64,000 nt of DNA. It comes from Promethearchaeota archaeon (lineage in GTDB: Archaea; Asgardarchaeota; Lokiarchaeia; Sigyniarchaeales; SOKP01). This document shows, in pieces, positions 10,866 to 21,376 of the stretch. Numbering within the stretch: position 1 is the first letter of the stretch; each line of letters starts with the position of its first letter. Position numbers and translations under genes: made by a program. The DNA lies in NCBI GenBank assembly GCA_048941285.1, contig JBHLNS010000001.1:96001-160000 (forward strand), read 5' to 3'. Below the pieces are notes generated by a model that made no database searches, was not told the origin of the DNA, and was given only the letters and a program-made list of their open reading frames with translations.

Positions 10866-10905
10866 GAATTTGATATGAAAATAAAGAGATTTTATGAAAA
10901 AATTA

Positions 10906-11820
10906 TTATCCCATCAATTCGGCTAAAAGTGCTTTTCTCATGGGTATTCCATAATAAGTTTGCTTAAAGTAAATAGCTTTTTCTGAACTATCAACATCAG
11001 GAGAAATTTCTGTAATTCTTGGAAGTGGATGCAATAATCTAAAGTTATCTTTTGTATCCTCAAGATCCTCTTTTCTAAAGACATAAAATCCTTTAATTCT
11101 TTCATATTCTTCTAAATCCCCAAATCTTTCTTTTTGGATACGTGTCATATAAAGTACATCCAAAATATTTAATATTTTCCTGTAATTTGTAATTTCTTTA
11201 TACTTGACCTCGCGTTGTTGTAAAAAATCTTTATCTCGATTTCTCATTCTCAATTCCTTAGGACTTATGAAATAAATATTTATATTGAAATTTGATAAAA
11301 GAATTGAAAGTGAATGAACTGTTCTTCCATACTTAAGATCTCCCATCAATCCTATATTTAATCCATCTAAAGTACCAATCTCTTCCGTAATTGTTAATAA
11401 ATCCAATAATGCTTGAGTTGGATGTTCTCCACTTCCAGATCCCGCATTAATTATTGGGACTTTTGCAAATTTTGATGCCATTCTTGCGGCGCCTTCAAGT
11501 GAATGCCTTATAACTATACAATCACTATAATTTTCAACAGTCCTTATTGTATCAGCAATGCTTTCACCTTTTTTTATAGAAGAAACATCTCCTGAATGAA
11601 ATCCAATAACACTTCCACCTAGTCTATACATAGCAGATTCGAAACTAAGACGAGTACGAGTAGAGGGCTCAAAAAATAATGTAGCTAAAATTTTTCCATG
11701 AAGAAGATTTGAATTCTTAATCTCAATCATTTCTTTACCTTTCTTTAATATATATTCAATATCTTCTCTATCAAATTGCTTAGCACTTATAATTCCTTCC
11801 CTAAATTTCTCCTTAAACAT
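10906..11820 (-). CDS. pyrB: Aspartate carbamoyltransferase catalytic subunit
   Basis: FFEPSTRTRLSFESA, HPTQALLD, GDLKYGRTVHSL, HPLPR. Confidence 0.97.
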   Translation of the reverse strand: MFKEKFREGIISAKQFDREDIEYILKKGKEMIEIKNSNLLHGKILATLFFEPSTRTRLSFESAMYRLGGSVIGFHSGDVSSIKKGESIADTIRTVENYSDCIVIRHSLEGAARMASKFAKVPIINAGSGSGEHPTQALLDLLTITEEIGTLDGLNIGLMGDLKYGRTVHSLSILLSNFNINIYFISPKELRMRNRDKDFLQQREVKYKEITNYRKILNILDVLYMTRIQKERFGDLEEYERIKGFYVFRKEDLEDTKDNFRLLHPLPRITEISPDVDSSEKAIYFKQTYYGIPMRKALLAELMG

Positions 11821-11972
11821 TTATATTCTCAATCAATATGTTTTTATTAACATTATGTAAATAAGATTTAAATTATTTTTTATTTAAATGATGGCATTCA
11901 AAAAGAACCACCCAGAACTAATAAAATTTAAAATTTATAAATAATTATTTTAGTTAATTAGATAAAAACGGT

Positions 11973-12263
11973 TTGTTAAATTTGAAATATCCTCGAACAA
12001 TACGAAGATACTGTCCTACTTGCCATTCACATCAAACGCATACCGTAGCTATATATAAGAAAGGCAAAGAACGTATGTTAAATCATGGACGTAGAAGAGT
12101 CGAACGGAAAAAACGAGGTTATGGGTCTTTTCCGAAAGAAATCTTTCACAAGAATGCAAAAATAAACAAGAGAACAACACCACTATTGGAATGTACTGAA
12201 TGTGGAAAAAAACAATATGCTAAATCATACCGAGTAAAACGTCTTGAATTGCAGGAAGCATAA
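11973..12263 (+). CDS. rpl44e: 50S ribosomal protein L44e
   Basis: RYCPTC..H..H, RGYG, ECTECGK; followed by S27e. Confidence 0.93.
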   Translation: MLNLKYPRTIRRYCPTCHSHQTHTVAIYKKGKERMLNHGRRRVERKKRGYGSFPKEIFHKNAKINKRTTPLLECTECGKKQYAKSYRVKRLELQEA

Positions 12264-12277
12264 AAAAGTGAAAAATT

Positions 12278-12484
12278 ATGGTACATAAAAGAAAAGAAAA
12301 GGAACTTATCCCCCAACCAAAAAGTAGATTTTTACGTGTAAAATGTTTAAATTGTGGAAATCAACAAATTATATTTGGGTGTTCTGCTACTGATGTTGAA
12401 TGCTTAGTCTGCGGAAAAATTTTACTACAGTCTACTGGCGGCAAAGCTCGTATTCTCACAAAAATTTTAGAAGTACTTTCTTAA
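12278..12484 (+). CDS. rps27e: 30S ribosomal protein S27e
   Basis: [30 protein letters not shown]. Confidence 0.95.
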   Translation: MVHKRKEKELIPQPKSRFLRVKCLNCGNQQIIFGCSATDVECLVCGKILLQSTGGKARILTKILEVLS

Positions 12485-12495
12485 AATTCCGAAAT

Positions 12496-12851
12496 CTAAT
12501 TAAACTTAGTACTCCTAACCATATTCGCTTCATTACTTGTTAAAATATTTTGTATTTTAAATTTAGGATTTATGTACTTCACTCCTAAGTCGTTAAGTTT
12601 TTTAAAACTATATTAAAAGCTAATTGAACATCACTCTCTGTTTTTAAGCCGGTAAGAACCATTTTACCCGTAGAAAAAATCAAAATGGTTGATTTAGGGT
12701 TTTCTAATTTAATTACTAAGGGTGGAAATTTGTTGGGATCAAACTTGGCATTATCAAATTTATCAGCGAGTTTATTCAAAATAAGTTTTTCATTTAATTC
12801 AATACTGCCTGTTCCGACGATGTTTTCTATTTTATCAGTCAAGATCTTCAT
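12496..12851 (-). pseudogene. Single-repeat/truncated TATA-binding-protein homolog with a -1 frameshift near 12600
   Basis: IENIVGT, FDPNKFPPLVIKLENPKSTILIFSTGKMVLTG; the TBP-like linker continues in the -1 frame as KLNDLGVKYINPKFKIQNILTS and stops at 12496. Confidence 0.75.
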
Positions 12852-12978
12852 TTTCTCCTTATGATAATCTAAAATTTAATTGATAAGTAGGTATTGTAGC
12901 ATAATAGAACTAATCAAGAAAAAGAAAAATATATAAAATTTAGATATTGTGCTCTCTTGTGATTTTTTCTACAATTTA

Positions 12979-13440
12979 TTAAGATGATTTTTTACTCAAT
13001 ATTTCTTGAGCCGGAAGAGCTAGACCAATTACAAGAAGAGTAATTCCGACTACAAAGGTAACCATACTTGCTCCAATATATCCAATATAGATTTTATATA
13101 TGATAAATGTACTCCAAGAGATCCCACCACCTATAAGAATTGTGTACCACGACCATTTCTCAGCTTTACGATAAACATTTTGGTTTATTAAAACGATCAT
13201 AACTCCATTTGCTAAGAGAATGCAACCAACTAACTTTTTTGTTATAATATAAATCTCTGCAAATCTAGGATCACTAACTAAGTAATTTGGGTAAGTTGTG
13301 CCAGTATAATATGCAAAATCACTTACAAACATTATATCAGTTACAAATATCCAAAGTATTGCTATTATTATTGTATACATTCCCATAAATAGTATTAGAA
13401 ATGAACCAATCTCTAATTTCGATTTTTCCATCATTCTCAC
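12979..13440 (-). CDS. Hypothetical 4-TM membrane protein
   Basis: Four hydrophobic segments; RKAEKWSW motif. Confidence 0.75.
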   Translation of the reverse strand: MRMMEKSKLEIGSFLILFMGMYTIIIAILWIFVTDIMFVSDFAYYTGTTYPNYLVSDPRFAEIYIITKKLVGCILLANGVMIVLINQNVYRKAEKWSWYTILIGGGISWSTFIIYKIYIGYIGASMVTFVVGITLLVIGLALPAQEILSKKSS

Positions 13441-13580
13441 TCTTATTTTTTATATAATCATTTAGTTATATTTTGATTATATTATTGGTTTTTTTTATAT
13501 TAATAATTAATCGTGAAACGAATCTTTCACGTAATATCTTTAATATCCAAGTAATACCTCTAATTAAAATAAGTGAGAAA

Positions 13581-13916
13581 TTATTCACGCCAAGTGAATT
13601 TACATTTAGTGCATTTAAAAAAGTGAGTACTTGGCTCATCAGAACTTCTTATTTGTACTTGCCAAGTTTCTGCTTCTAAATTTCTACATTTAGGACAATC
13701 TTTTTTAGTGATCGGATGAACAGTAATTTTATCATCCTCTGAGACTATCACCAAATTTTTTTCTAAAGCTTTTTTCTTCTTTGTGATGTTTTTTTCTATA
13801 TTAAGATTATTATTTTTTAGCTCTTGCTGATATCCACACTTACATATTAATAATAATTTTTCATCTAATTTTCTTTTGCGTAGAAGATTCGAACATTCTG
13901 GACAAAATTCAACCAT
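13581..13916 (-). CDS. tfs: Transcription factor S / RpoM family
   Basis: FCPECSNLL; CPKC..QIRSSDEPSTHFFKCTKCKFTWRE. Confidence 0.92.
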   Translation of the reverse strand: MVEFCPECSNLLRKRKLDEKLLLICKCGYQQELKNNNLNIEKNITKKKKALEKNLVIVSEDDKITVHPITKKDCPKCRNLEAETWQVQIRSSDEPSTHFFKCTKCKFTWRE

Positions 13917-14069
13917 ATTGATTCTTATACCATAATTCAGTAATTCTTAACTTTAAAAAAGATTAAAGTTTAAAAAATTTTGTCCTAATTATAAAATTAT
14001 ATAAAAATTTTATATAAATGTAAAAAAGTTGTATAAATTCACTTTAATTAAAAAATCAATAATTTAAAA

Positions 14070-14435
14070 TTGAGCTTTATGGAGTTCAAGGAATTAATCA
14101 CTTTTTTAGGAACTAAAGATCTCAAAAAAACATCTAATTTTTACCAAAATATTGTAGGATTAACCCTTTATAAAGATCAAGGAGTTTGCTTAATATTTGA
14201 CATTAACAAACAAAGCAAGATAGGTTTTTGTGAACATATGCCAGTAATTTATGAAGGTAAAAGCCCAATTATTACTTTGATTACAGATGATGTAGATGGA
14301 ATATATGCTAAATTAAAGAATGCTGGAGTAATTATAACACAAAAACCTGAAATAAGTGAAAAATTCAAAATCTATCATTTCTTCTTAAAAGACCCGAATG
14401 GATACACAATTGAAATACAAAAATTCTTAGATTAA
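14070..14435 (+). CDS. VOC/glyoxalase family protein
   Basis: DLKKTSNFY..GL, DDVDGIY..L, FFLKDPNGYTIEI. Confidence 0.88.
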   Translation: MSFMEFKELITFLGTKDLKKTSNFYQNIVGLTLYKDQGVCLIFDINKQSKIGFCEHMPVIYEGKSPIITLITDDVDGIYAKLKNAGVIITQKPEISEKFKIYHFFLKDPNGYTIEIQKFLD

Positions 14436-14752
14436 TCCAGTTCTTTCTTGATATGATATAATTTTTGATAGTATTCAAAATTTAATTTATTCATGTCTTG
14501 AACAATATCCGCATTGAGTATTTTCTCTCCAGAGGATTGGAATTCTAGATCACCGATTACATTAATCAAATCATTTTCCTTAAATTTAAAATCATCAATA
14601 CTTATAGGATTAACAATTAAATCACCAGTTTCATCATTTAATATGATTTGAGCGTTACTTTTTATACTTTTGATATAACCAGTGACTTGGATTCGTTCAT
14701 CATCGATAGAAATATCCTTAATCATTCTTTGCCTAGCGTATTGAAAAGACAT
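14432..14752 (-). CDS. Small OB-fold protein, RPA small subunit (RPA14/RPA3)-like
   Basis: IQVTGYI, ILNDETG, LINVIG, ADIVQDMNKLNFEYY; lies next to PCNA. Confidence 0.65.
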   Translation of the reverse strand: MSFQYARQRMIKDISIDDERIQVTGYIKSIKSNAQIILNDETGDLIVNPISIDDFKFKENDLINVIGDLEFQSSGEKILNADIVQDMNKLNFEYYQKLYHIKKELD

Positions 14753-14932
14753 TTTTTTTTTAAATATGGTTAATTTTAATATTTAATTCAAGGTTGAAAA
14801 TTTAAGATAAGTATAAATAATTAATTTAATACCTAAAATTGATATTATTAAAAGACTAATATCAAACATTATTAATAATGTGAATAAAACATATTTATCT
14901 TAATTATGATTCAATAAATATACTGAAAGATT

Positions 14933-15736
14933 ATGAGTTTTACATTAAAATTGGAAAATAGTCGCATATTGAAAGGAATAGTTGAAACTCTCGCGAGTAT
15001 TATTGATGAAACAGAGTTTCGAGTCACTCCTAAAAAGTTTACCATCTCAGCTATGGATCCAAGTAGAATTTGTTTATTAAAACTCTCAATTAATAAAGAG
15101 AATTTTGATGACTATCAATGCGATAAAGAATCAAAAGTTGGGTTAAACTTAGATGATTTAGATAAGATCTTAAAAAGAAGCGCTGCTAATGATTCTGTTG
15201 AAATTGATTTTAATGCAGCGGATCAGAAAATAAAAATAAAAATGCAGCGTGAAGGTACATCTCGTACAAGAACTTTTAGTTTAGCATTGTTAGATATTGA
15301 GATTGAAGAAATACCAATGGATAATCTTTTGAAGATAGAATATCCCTCAAAATGGGTAATTGAACCAGATTTCTTAGTCGAGGCAATAAAAGATGCTGAA
15401 ATCTATTCTGAGATCCTGAATATAATAGCAACAGAAGGACAAGGTTTAGTATTTAGCTCAACAGGGCAAATTGGTGAAATGGAATATCAACTTAATGAGG
15501 ATGATTTAATTGAGACAAATTTTAGTGGAACCAGTAGTGGTGCTTATTCTTTAACCTTTTTGAAGGCAATATTAAAAATAGCTTCCATCACTGAAAAGTT
15601 AGAAATATCTTTAAAAACTGATCACCCCTTGAAAATGATATTTAATCTTCTAGAAGGAGGAGAATTGAGCTACTTTTTAGCACCTCGAGTAGAAGAAGCA
15701 GAATTTGAAGATGATGATGATATGGATGAATTTTAA
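14933..15736 (+). CDS. pcn: DNA polymerase sliding clamp PCNA
   Basis: AMDPSRICL, GLNLDDLDKILKR, YSLTFL, YFLAPRVE plus acidic tail. Confidence 0.96.
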   Translation: MSFTLKLENSRILKGIVETLASIIDETEFRVTPKKFTISAMDPSRICLLKLSINKENFDDYQCDKESKVGLNLDDLDKILKRSAANDSVEIDFNAADQKIKIKMQREGTSRTRTFSLALLDIEIEEIPMDNLLKIEYPSKWVIEPDFLVEAIKDAEIYSEILNIIATEGQGLVFSSTGQIGEMEYQLNEDDLIETNFSGTSSGAYSLTFLKAILKIASITEKLEISLKTDHPLKMIFNLLEGGELSYFLAPRVEEAEFEDDDDMDEF

Positions 15737-15889
15737 TTAAGTCCTCGTTTTATTACTTTTTAAAATAATTTGGATAGTTATAACTCATGAATCCTATTCT
15801 CTGAAATTTAAGATTCTTCTTATTAGGCGTTAAGAAAAGATTGAGAGCCTTTGATAATATTTTTTAGATAAAGGAGTTATATCTTATAT

Positions 15890-16864
15890 ATGGGGATACG
15901 ACAACGTCTTAAGGAAGCTACTCTAGTAAAAATTGGTCGATCACGGTACATGAAAATAATAGAAAAAGAAGAATTCATCGTAAATAATTATGAATGCATT
16001 TTATCCATTCCAGAATCACCTATACGATTTGAAATTCCTCTGGAAGTAATTAAACGTATTGAAGAAGGGAAAAATACCAAATTTTTCAGATTCAGGATTT
16101 TACCTGTTTTAATTGGGAGTATAAGGGGAATTCTAAAAGGATTTAAGGGAATAGTGAAAAATCCTTCTAATCCAAAAACAAAAATATCCGATAATAAGCT
16201 CCAAGAATTACAGGAATTCATTCTGTCATTAGGAATTGGGATGATTGGTTATTGCAAACTGCTTCCACAATATATTTTTCAAAATAAGGGAATTTTATAT
16301 AAAAATTGCATTGTTTTAATAATGGAAATGAATAAGGAGAAAATAGATAAAGCACCTAGTTACGATACTTTTCATGAAGTTCATCGCACATATAGGGATC
16401 TTGGAATAGCGACAAATAAGATCGCGAACTATTTGAGAAAAAATGAATTCGGAGCACATCCAGTACATCCTTTAAGTGGGGCAGTACTTACTCCCCCGCT
16501 TGCAAAAATCGCTGGTTTGGGGTGGCAGGGGCGTCATGGAATGATAATTACTCCTAAATATGGTCCAAGGATGCGGATCGCTACGGTATTTACCTCTATT
16601 GAGAATTTACCCTCCCCGATTGTTAATAACCATAGTTGGATAGAAGACTGGTGTAAAAAATGTGGAGTATGTATCAGTAAATGTCCTACATCCGCAATAA
16701 AAACTGTTTCAATTGAACAAGATAAAGGATTAATTAATCATATAGAAACTGAAAAATGTTTTCCTTATTTTGTAGAGAATCATGGCTGTTCGATTTGCAT
16801 AAAAGAGTGCCAATTCAACAAATTTGGATATAACGCAATCAAGATAAAACATCAATTAAAATGA
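15890..16864 (+). CDS. QueG/reductive-dehalogenase-like cobalamin 2x[4Fe-4S] protein
   Basis: AGLGWQGRHGMIITPKYGPRMRIATVFT, CKKCGVCISKCP, CSICIKEC. Confidence 0.8.
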   Translation: MGIRQRLKEATLVKIGRSRYMKIIEKEEFIVNNYECILSIPESPIRFEIPLEVIKRIEEGKNTKFFRFRILPVLIGSIRGILKGFKGIVKNPSNPKTKISDNKLQELQEFILSLGIGMIGYCKLLPQYIFQNKGILYKNCIVLIMEMNKEKIDKAPSYDTFHEVHRTYRDLGIATNKIANYLRKNEFGAHPVHPLSGAVLTPPLAKIAGLGWQGRHGMIITPKYGPRMRIATVFTSIENLPSPIVNNHSWIEDWCKKCGVCISKCPTSAIKTVSIEQDKGLINHIETEKCFPYFVENHGCSICIKECQFNKFGYNAIKIKHQLK

Positions 16865-17028
16865 GATTGATTATTATTAGAACTTTCCCTATTTATTATT
16901 TATTAGTTTGTTAATAGATTGATTAAAAATATCAGTAAACTAATTTACTCTTAATCTATTAAAGTTTAGTCCCATCATGTTTTTTAGATTATAATTATTT
17001 AATTTTAATAAAAGAGTATTTTAGGGCA

Positions 17029-18219
17029 ATGAGCGACATTTATGACTTAATAAAACGGTATCCTTGGCTCCCTTCGTTAAAAAAATATTATTCTGATACA
17101 GCCTCAAAAAATCCTTTAGATTTCCTAAATGATATCTTTTCATCTGATAAATCTACAGGCCTAAGAGAATGTATCTTAAATTTATTTACTGATGCTTTTA
17201 ATAATACTGAACTAATTTCTGATTATAATTTTGATGAAACAAATATTTATATTTATTTAATTCTAAGAATATTACTTTATGTTTTAAACGATAAAATTTT
17301 ATCAAATAGAGTCGCTAATATATACTCTAAAACTACTTACAATGAACTAAATAAAGAAAACGAATATAATTTATATTACATCTACAAAGACTTGGATTTA
17401 AATATATTATATGAAGAAAAACCTATTGTATATAAAAAAATTGTACTAAAAAACCAAGAACAAATTTATAGAACAAATTTTAAGATTTTTTTTATTGATT
17501 ATTTAAAATTGGCCTCTAACTTAAAAGACGAATACAGGAAATTAGTAAATAATGCCCTCCAAGGAGGTTATGTATATATTAAATCTGAAAGTCTTAATAG
17601 ATTACTACAGGAATATGTAAGAGCGAAAATATTGGCTCAAAATAATATAGATTCTAATAATATAGATGTTTTTAAAGAGAAATTGTTTGAAATACAAGAT
17701 TTTAAAGAATTATTTAACACAATTGTCGCGATTTGGGAATTAAAGAAAGATGAATTTGAATATTCGGTAGATATCACGTTTAAAGAGGGTCAAGACATGT
17801 CAGAAATCTTCCCTCCTTGTATAAAAGAAATAATATCTAAAGCACAAGAGGGACAGAATTTAATTCACACTGAGAGATTATTTATATTATGGGTTTTAAA
17901 TGCACTTAAATATCCAGAAGATAAAATTATTGATGTATTTTCAACACTACCTGATTTTGATCGAGAGAAAACTACATATCAAGTAAAATATGCAATTAAA
18001 AAGGGATATACTCCCTATTCGTGCAAATCTTTAAAATCGTATACTTTATGTATGGCAAATAAATATAAAGATAAATTATGCTTGGAAGGCTATTTATCAA
18101 AAAAGCTACAAGAGCAGAGGCAAATCTCTCATCCTTTGTTTTATATTCAATATAAGCAATTTAGTGCGTCATTTAAGACAAAATCTGAAAATAATATTAA
18201 TAATGATAAGGATGCCTGA
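17029..18219 (+). CDS. priL: DNA primase large subunit
   Basis: RYPWL, KLVNNALQGGYVY, FPPCI, H.ER, PDFDREKT.YQ, YTPYSC, HPL. Confidence 0.9.
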   Translation: MSDIYDLIKRYPWLPSLKKYYSDTASKNPLDFLNDIFSSDKSTGLRECILNLFTDAFNNTELISDYNFDETNIYIYLILRILLYVLNDKILSNRVANIYSKTTYNELNKENEYNLYYIYKDLDLNILYEEKPIVYKKIVLKNQEQIYRTNFKIFFIDYLKLASNLKDEYRKLVNNALQGGYVYIKSESLNRLLQEYVRAKILAQNNIDSNNIDVFKEKLFEIQDFKELFNTIVAIWELKKDEFEYSVDITFKEGQDMSEIFPPCIKEIISKAQEGQNLIHTERLFILWVLNALKYPEDKIIDVFSTLPDFDREKTTYQVKYAIKKGYTPYSCKSLKSYTLCMANKYKDKLCLEGYLSKKLQEQRQISHPLFYIQYKQFSASFKTKSENNINNDKDA

Positions 18220-19492
18220 TAACAAATACTTAAAAAGACTTTTTCAAGCTTACTATAGAGAAAACCAATCTAAAATTCCAATACTTAGTCTTTTTGAAAA
18301 AAGAGAATTTGGATTTATTCCATGGGAGAAGCAAATAATGAATAGGCATATTGGTTTTACTTCCTCTGTCAATTTGAAAAAATACTTTATAAATAATACT
18401 CCAAAACATGCATATTCAAGTGGTTCACTCTTTCTTACACCAGAACATCAAGATATGCAAGAGAAAGGTTATCAAGGGTGTGATTTAATATTTGATATTG
18501 ATGTAGATCACTTTTATACTTCTTGCAAGGAACATCATGATATCTGGTATTGTAAAGAATGTGGCGAAAAGGGAAAGGGCATGGTAGAAAAGTGCCCGAA
18601 ATGCGGAAAATTAAAATTAAAAAGATTGAATTGGATTTGTGCAGATTGTTTAAATATTGCAAAAAGTGAGATTATTAAGTTAATTTATAACTTTCTAATT
18701 CCCGATTTTGACATTCCTATTGAAAAAATGAATATTGCTTTTTCAGGGCACCGAGGATATCATCTAAAAGTTGAAGATGAAAATATTAGAACATTATCTA
18801 GTGACGAGCGGAGAGAAATTATTGATTATATTACGGGGGAAAATATCTCACTCGAAATTTTAGGATTACAGGAAAAAGGAGGCAATATATTTGGATTTTC
18901 AAAAAATTCAATTGGTTGGCCTCAAAAAATTATCAAAGAAATTAATGGATTATTAAGTAAATCAAATATTGAAATCGAAACAATATTATCAGATAAAAGA
19001 AAGTTTAATTTAAGTCAAGGTCTTATAGAAAACTTTATAAATTTTAAAGATAACTTCCATCAGATAATTAGTAATAACCATAATAATAATTGGACATTAG
19101 TAGGCTTTAGTATGAATGCTTGGAATAAATTTTTAAAAACATTAATTGCTGAAATTGGAGTTGAAATTGACATACCGGTTTCAATTGATATTCATAGATT
19201 AATTCGATATCCTGGATCTTTGCATGGTACAACTGGATTTAGAGTTCAAGAATTATATCCAGATGATCTTGACGATTTTGATCCTTTAAATGAGTGGAAT
19301 GAAAAATTAGATCCAATAGTATTCAAAAGTAAAAAAGAAATTACTCAAAAAATAGAAATTGTTGAACCTGAAGTACCAATTACGAAAATAAAAGGGGAAA
19401 CTTATGGTCCCTATGTACAAGGAGAAAAAGTTGAAGTTCCTCACTATTTTGCTATATTTTTATTATGTAAAGGCGTAGCAAGAACTATTTAA
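18212..19492 (+). CDS. priS: DNA primase small (catalytic) subunit; start placed at in-frame ATG 18212, overlapping the priL stop
   Basis: KREFGF, DLIFDIDVDH, FSGHRGYH, IDIPVSIDIHRLIRYPGSLHG. Confidence 0.93.
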   Translation: MPDNKYLKRLFQAYYRENQSKIPILSLFEKREFGFIPWEKQIMNRHIGFTSSVNLKKYFINNTPKHAYSSGSLFLTPEHQDMQEKGYQGCDLIFDIDVDHFYTSCKEHHDIWYCKECGEKGKGMVEKCPKCGKLKLKRLNWICADCLNIAKSEIIKLIYNFLIPDFDIPIEKMNIAFSGHRGYHLKVEDENIRTLSSDERREIIDYITGENISLEILGLQEKGGNIFGFSKNSIGWPQKIIKEINGLLSKSNIEIETILSDKRKFNLSQGLIENFINFKDNFHQIISNNHNNNWTLVGFSMNAWNKFLKTLIAEIGVEIDIPVSIDIHRLIRYPGSLHGTTGFRVQELYPDDLDDFDPLNEWNEKLDPIVFKSKKEITQKIEIVEPEVPITKIKGETYGPYVQGEKVEVPHYFAIFLLCKGVARTI

Positions 19493-19552
19493 GTTAAAAA
19501 ATTTAAACTCAGAACACTTTCTTATTATATTAAACTGCATTATTCGATATTT

Positions 19553-20218
19553 ATGGATTTACAAAAAGAATATGAAAAACTGTATGAGCATTGGCAGAAA
19601 GAGTTTGAGAATCCTGAATTAACTGTGATAAATCAAGGAGATTTCACTAAATATAAAAAATTAGTAGATTTTATAAAGAATTATCAGGAAGAAGAAAAGG
19701 ATGATTTAAGGGATCAGATTTTAGCATCATACAAAAATAATATAAATTATCTATTTAAAGATTTATTTAAGATAAGAGAACTCAAAATAATAAATTCAGC
19801 ATTAACTCTTAAGCAAATTAATCTAAATAATCTAATTGAAGCAGAGAAATTACTTTATGAAAATTTAGTAAGTTCTATTAAAGGTTATAAAAAAGTAAAA
19901 GCAATTTCACTATATGATAAAGATGAAGTTCAGTACGATAATTTAATTGAATCAGAAGCGAAAGTAAAATCTACCATTGAAGATGCCCCTGTCTCTAAAG
20001 AAGAAAAAGCTTCTAACATTCTCGATTCCACTAAAAGGGATGATCGAGAAAAAATCAATTACACTCTTGTAAGATTTTTAAAGAAGACACCCCCTTTAGT
20101 AGGTATTGATCTTATTAATTATGGCCCTTTTGAAGAGGAAGATATCGCAAATCTCCCACAAAAAAATGCAAAAATCCTTATAATTGAAAAATTTGCTGAA
20201 AAAATAGAAATTGAATAA
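19553..20218 (+). CDS. GINS complex subunit (Gins15/Gins51-like)
   Basis: Helical A domain with R..KI, then B domain VRFLK..P.LVG.DL..YGPF...D.A.LP..NA..L; follows priS. Confidence 0.8.
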   Translation: MDLQKEYEKLYEHWQKEFENPELTVINQGDFTKYKKLVDFIKNYQEEEKDDLRDQILASYKNNINYLFKDLFKIRELKIINSALTLKQINLNNLIEAEKLLYENLVSSIKGYKKVKAISLYDKDEVQYDNLIESEAKVKSTIEDAPVSKEEKASNILDSTKRDDREKINYTLVRFLKKTPPLVGIDLINYGPFEEEDIANLPQKNAKILIIEKFAEKIEIE

Positions 20219-20223
20219 AGCAG

Positions 20224-20409
20224 CTATTTAAACTTTTTATCAAACTCTTCTTTAAAATAGTCTAAGCGATATTTTGCATATTTATCGATTAATGAAAACT
20301 TTGGAGGTCTAGGGGTTATTAATTGACCTCCACAATAACGACATTTAGATTTAGGGTTGTGTAATCCATATCTATTACATTCTTTACATTTTTGGAGGTA
20401 TTTAGTCAT
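20224..20409 (-). CDS. nop10: H/ACA RNP protein Nop10
   Basis: CKEC..Y..CRYCGG..PPKFSLIDKYAKYR; downstream of aIF2-alpha. Confidence 0.88.
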   Translation of the reverse strand: MTKYLQKCKECNRYGLHNPKSKCRYCGGQLITPRPPKFSLIDKYAKYRLDYFKEEFDKKFK

Positions 20410-20434
20410 AATTATAACCCTATGAGTAAATCAA

Positions 20435-21256
20435 TTAATCTCTAATAAATTCAAAAGTACCATTATATTTCACTACATTTTTCTCAATCGTCTCTAAAGC
20501 ATCGGATAAAATATTTTCAGCGTCTAAATAATCTTTTGAAACTACTTCTAAACGATAGAACGGGGCAGCAATATAATTAATATTAATATTCCTTGTCTTT
20601 TTTTGCTTTATCACTTTTAAAGCGTTTAAAAGAGATTCCTTAATATGATCAATTCCATTATCTGAAGTAAATGAAAGCTTAACCTTGCCAGATATGCTCA
20701 CTGTTGAAATACTTACATTTTCATCAATAATTTTCAATAGTGATGTTTTAAATCCCTCTGTTACCCCTTCTAAGCTGGATAATATTTCCTCACCATTTTC
20801 TTTTAGACCATCAACAGCTTCTTGATATGAATCAAATAAATCCAGTACTGGAAATCCTATTAATTCATAGGCTTCATCAAGAGTCATGTTAATTCCTTCT
20901 GTTTCTGTAAGAAATTGTAATAAATTCTCAAATTTTACTGCATATTTCCATTCTTTCATTCGGTTCTCTCTTTGGGCAGAATTTACCCTTCTTAATGATA
21001 AATCTACATGCCCCTTTTCTGCGTCAACCCTTAATACACGTAAAACTACTCTTTGACCAATTCGCACATAATTACGGATATTTTTGATCCATCGCGAACT
21101 TATTTCTGATATATGAATCATCCCTCGAGCATAATCTTCATGATCTAAACCATCAAAATCAATTAAATCAACATAAACATATTGATTTTGCACCTCTGTC
21201 ACCTTGGCAACTACAAATTCACCTTCACGAGGAAAGTTTGTTCTACTTTTTACCAT
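20435..21256 (-). CDS. eif2a: Translation initiation factor aIF2 alpha
   Basis: FPREGEFVVA, IHISEISSRWIKNIR, VLRVD..KGHVDLSLRRV, APFYR. Confidence 0.95.
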   Translation of the reverse strand: MVKSRTNFPREGEFVVAKVTEVQNQYVYVDLIDFDGLDHEDYARGMIHISEISSRWIKNIRNYVRIGQRVVLRVLRVDAEKGHVDLSLRRVNSAQRENRMKEWKYAVKFENLLQFLTETEGINMTLDEAYELIGFPVLDLFDSYQEAVDGLKENGEEILSSLEGVTEGFKTSLLKIIDENVSISTVSISGKVKLSFTSDNGIDHIKESLLNALKVIKQKKTRNININYIAAPFYRLEVVSKDYLDAENILSDALETIEKNVVKYNGTFEFIRD

Positions 21257-21376
21257 TGTTGTGATAAGAATATTGGTTACTATTTATTTTTTTAAATTAA
21301 TTATTTGTATTAACGATGTATAATTTTTTACTTTTTTTATCTTTCATATAAAAAAGCAAATGAACAGTGATTAAAA

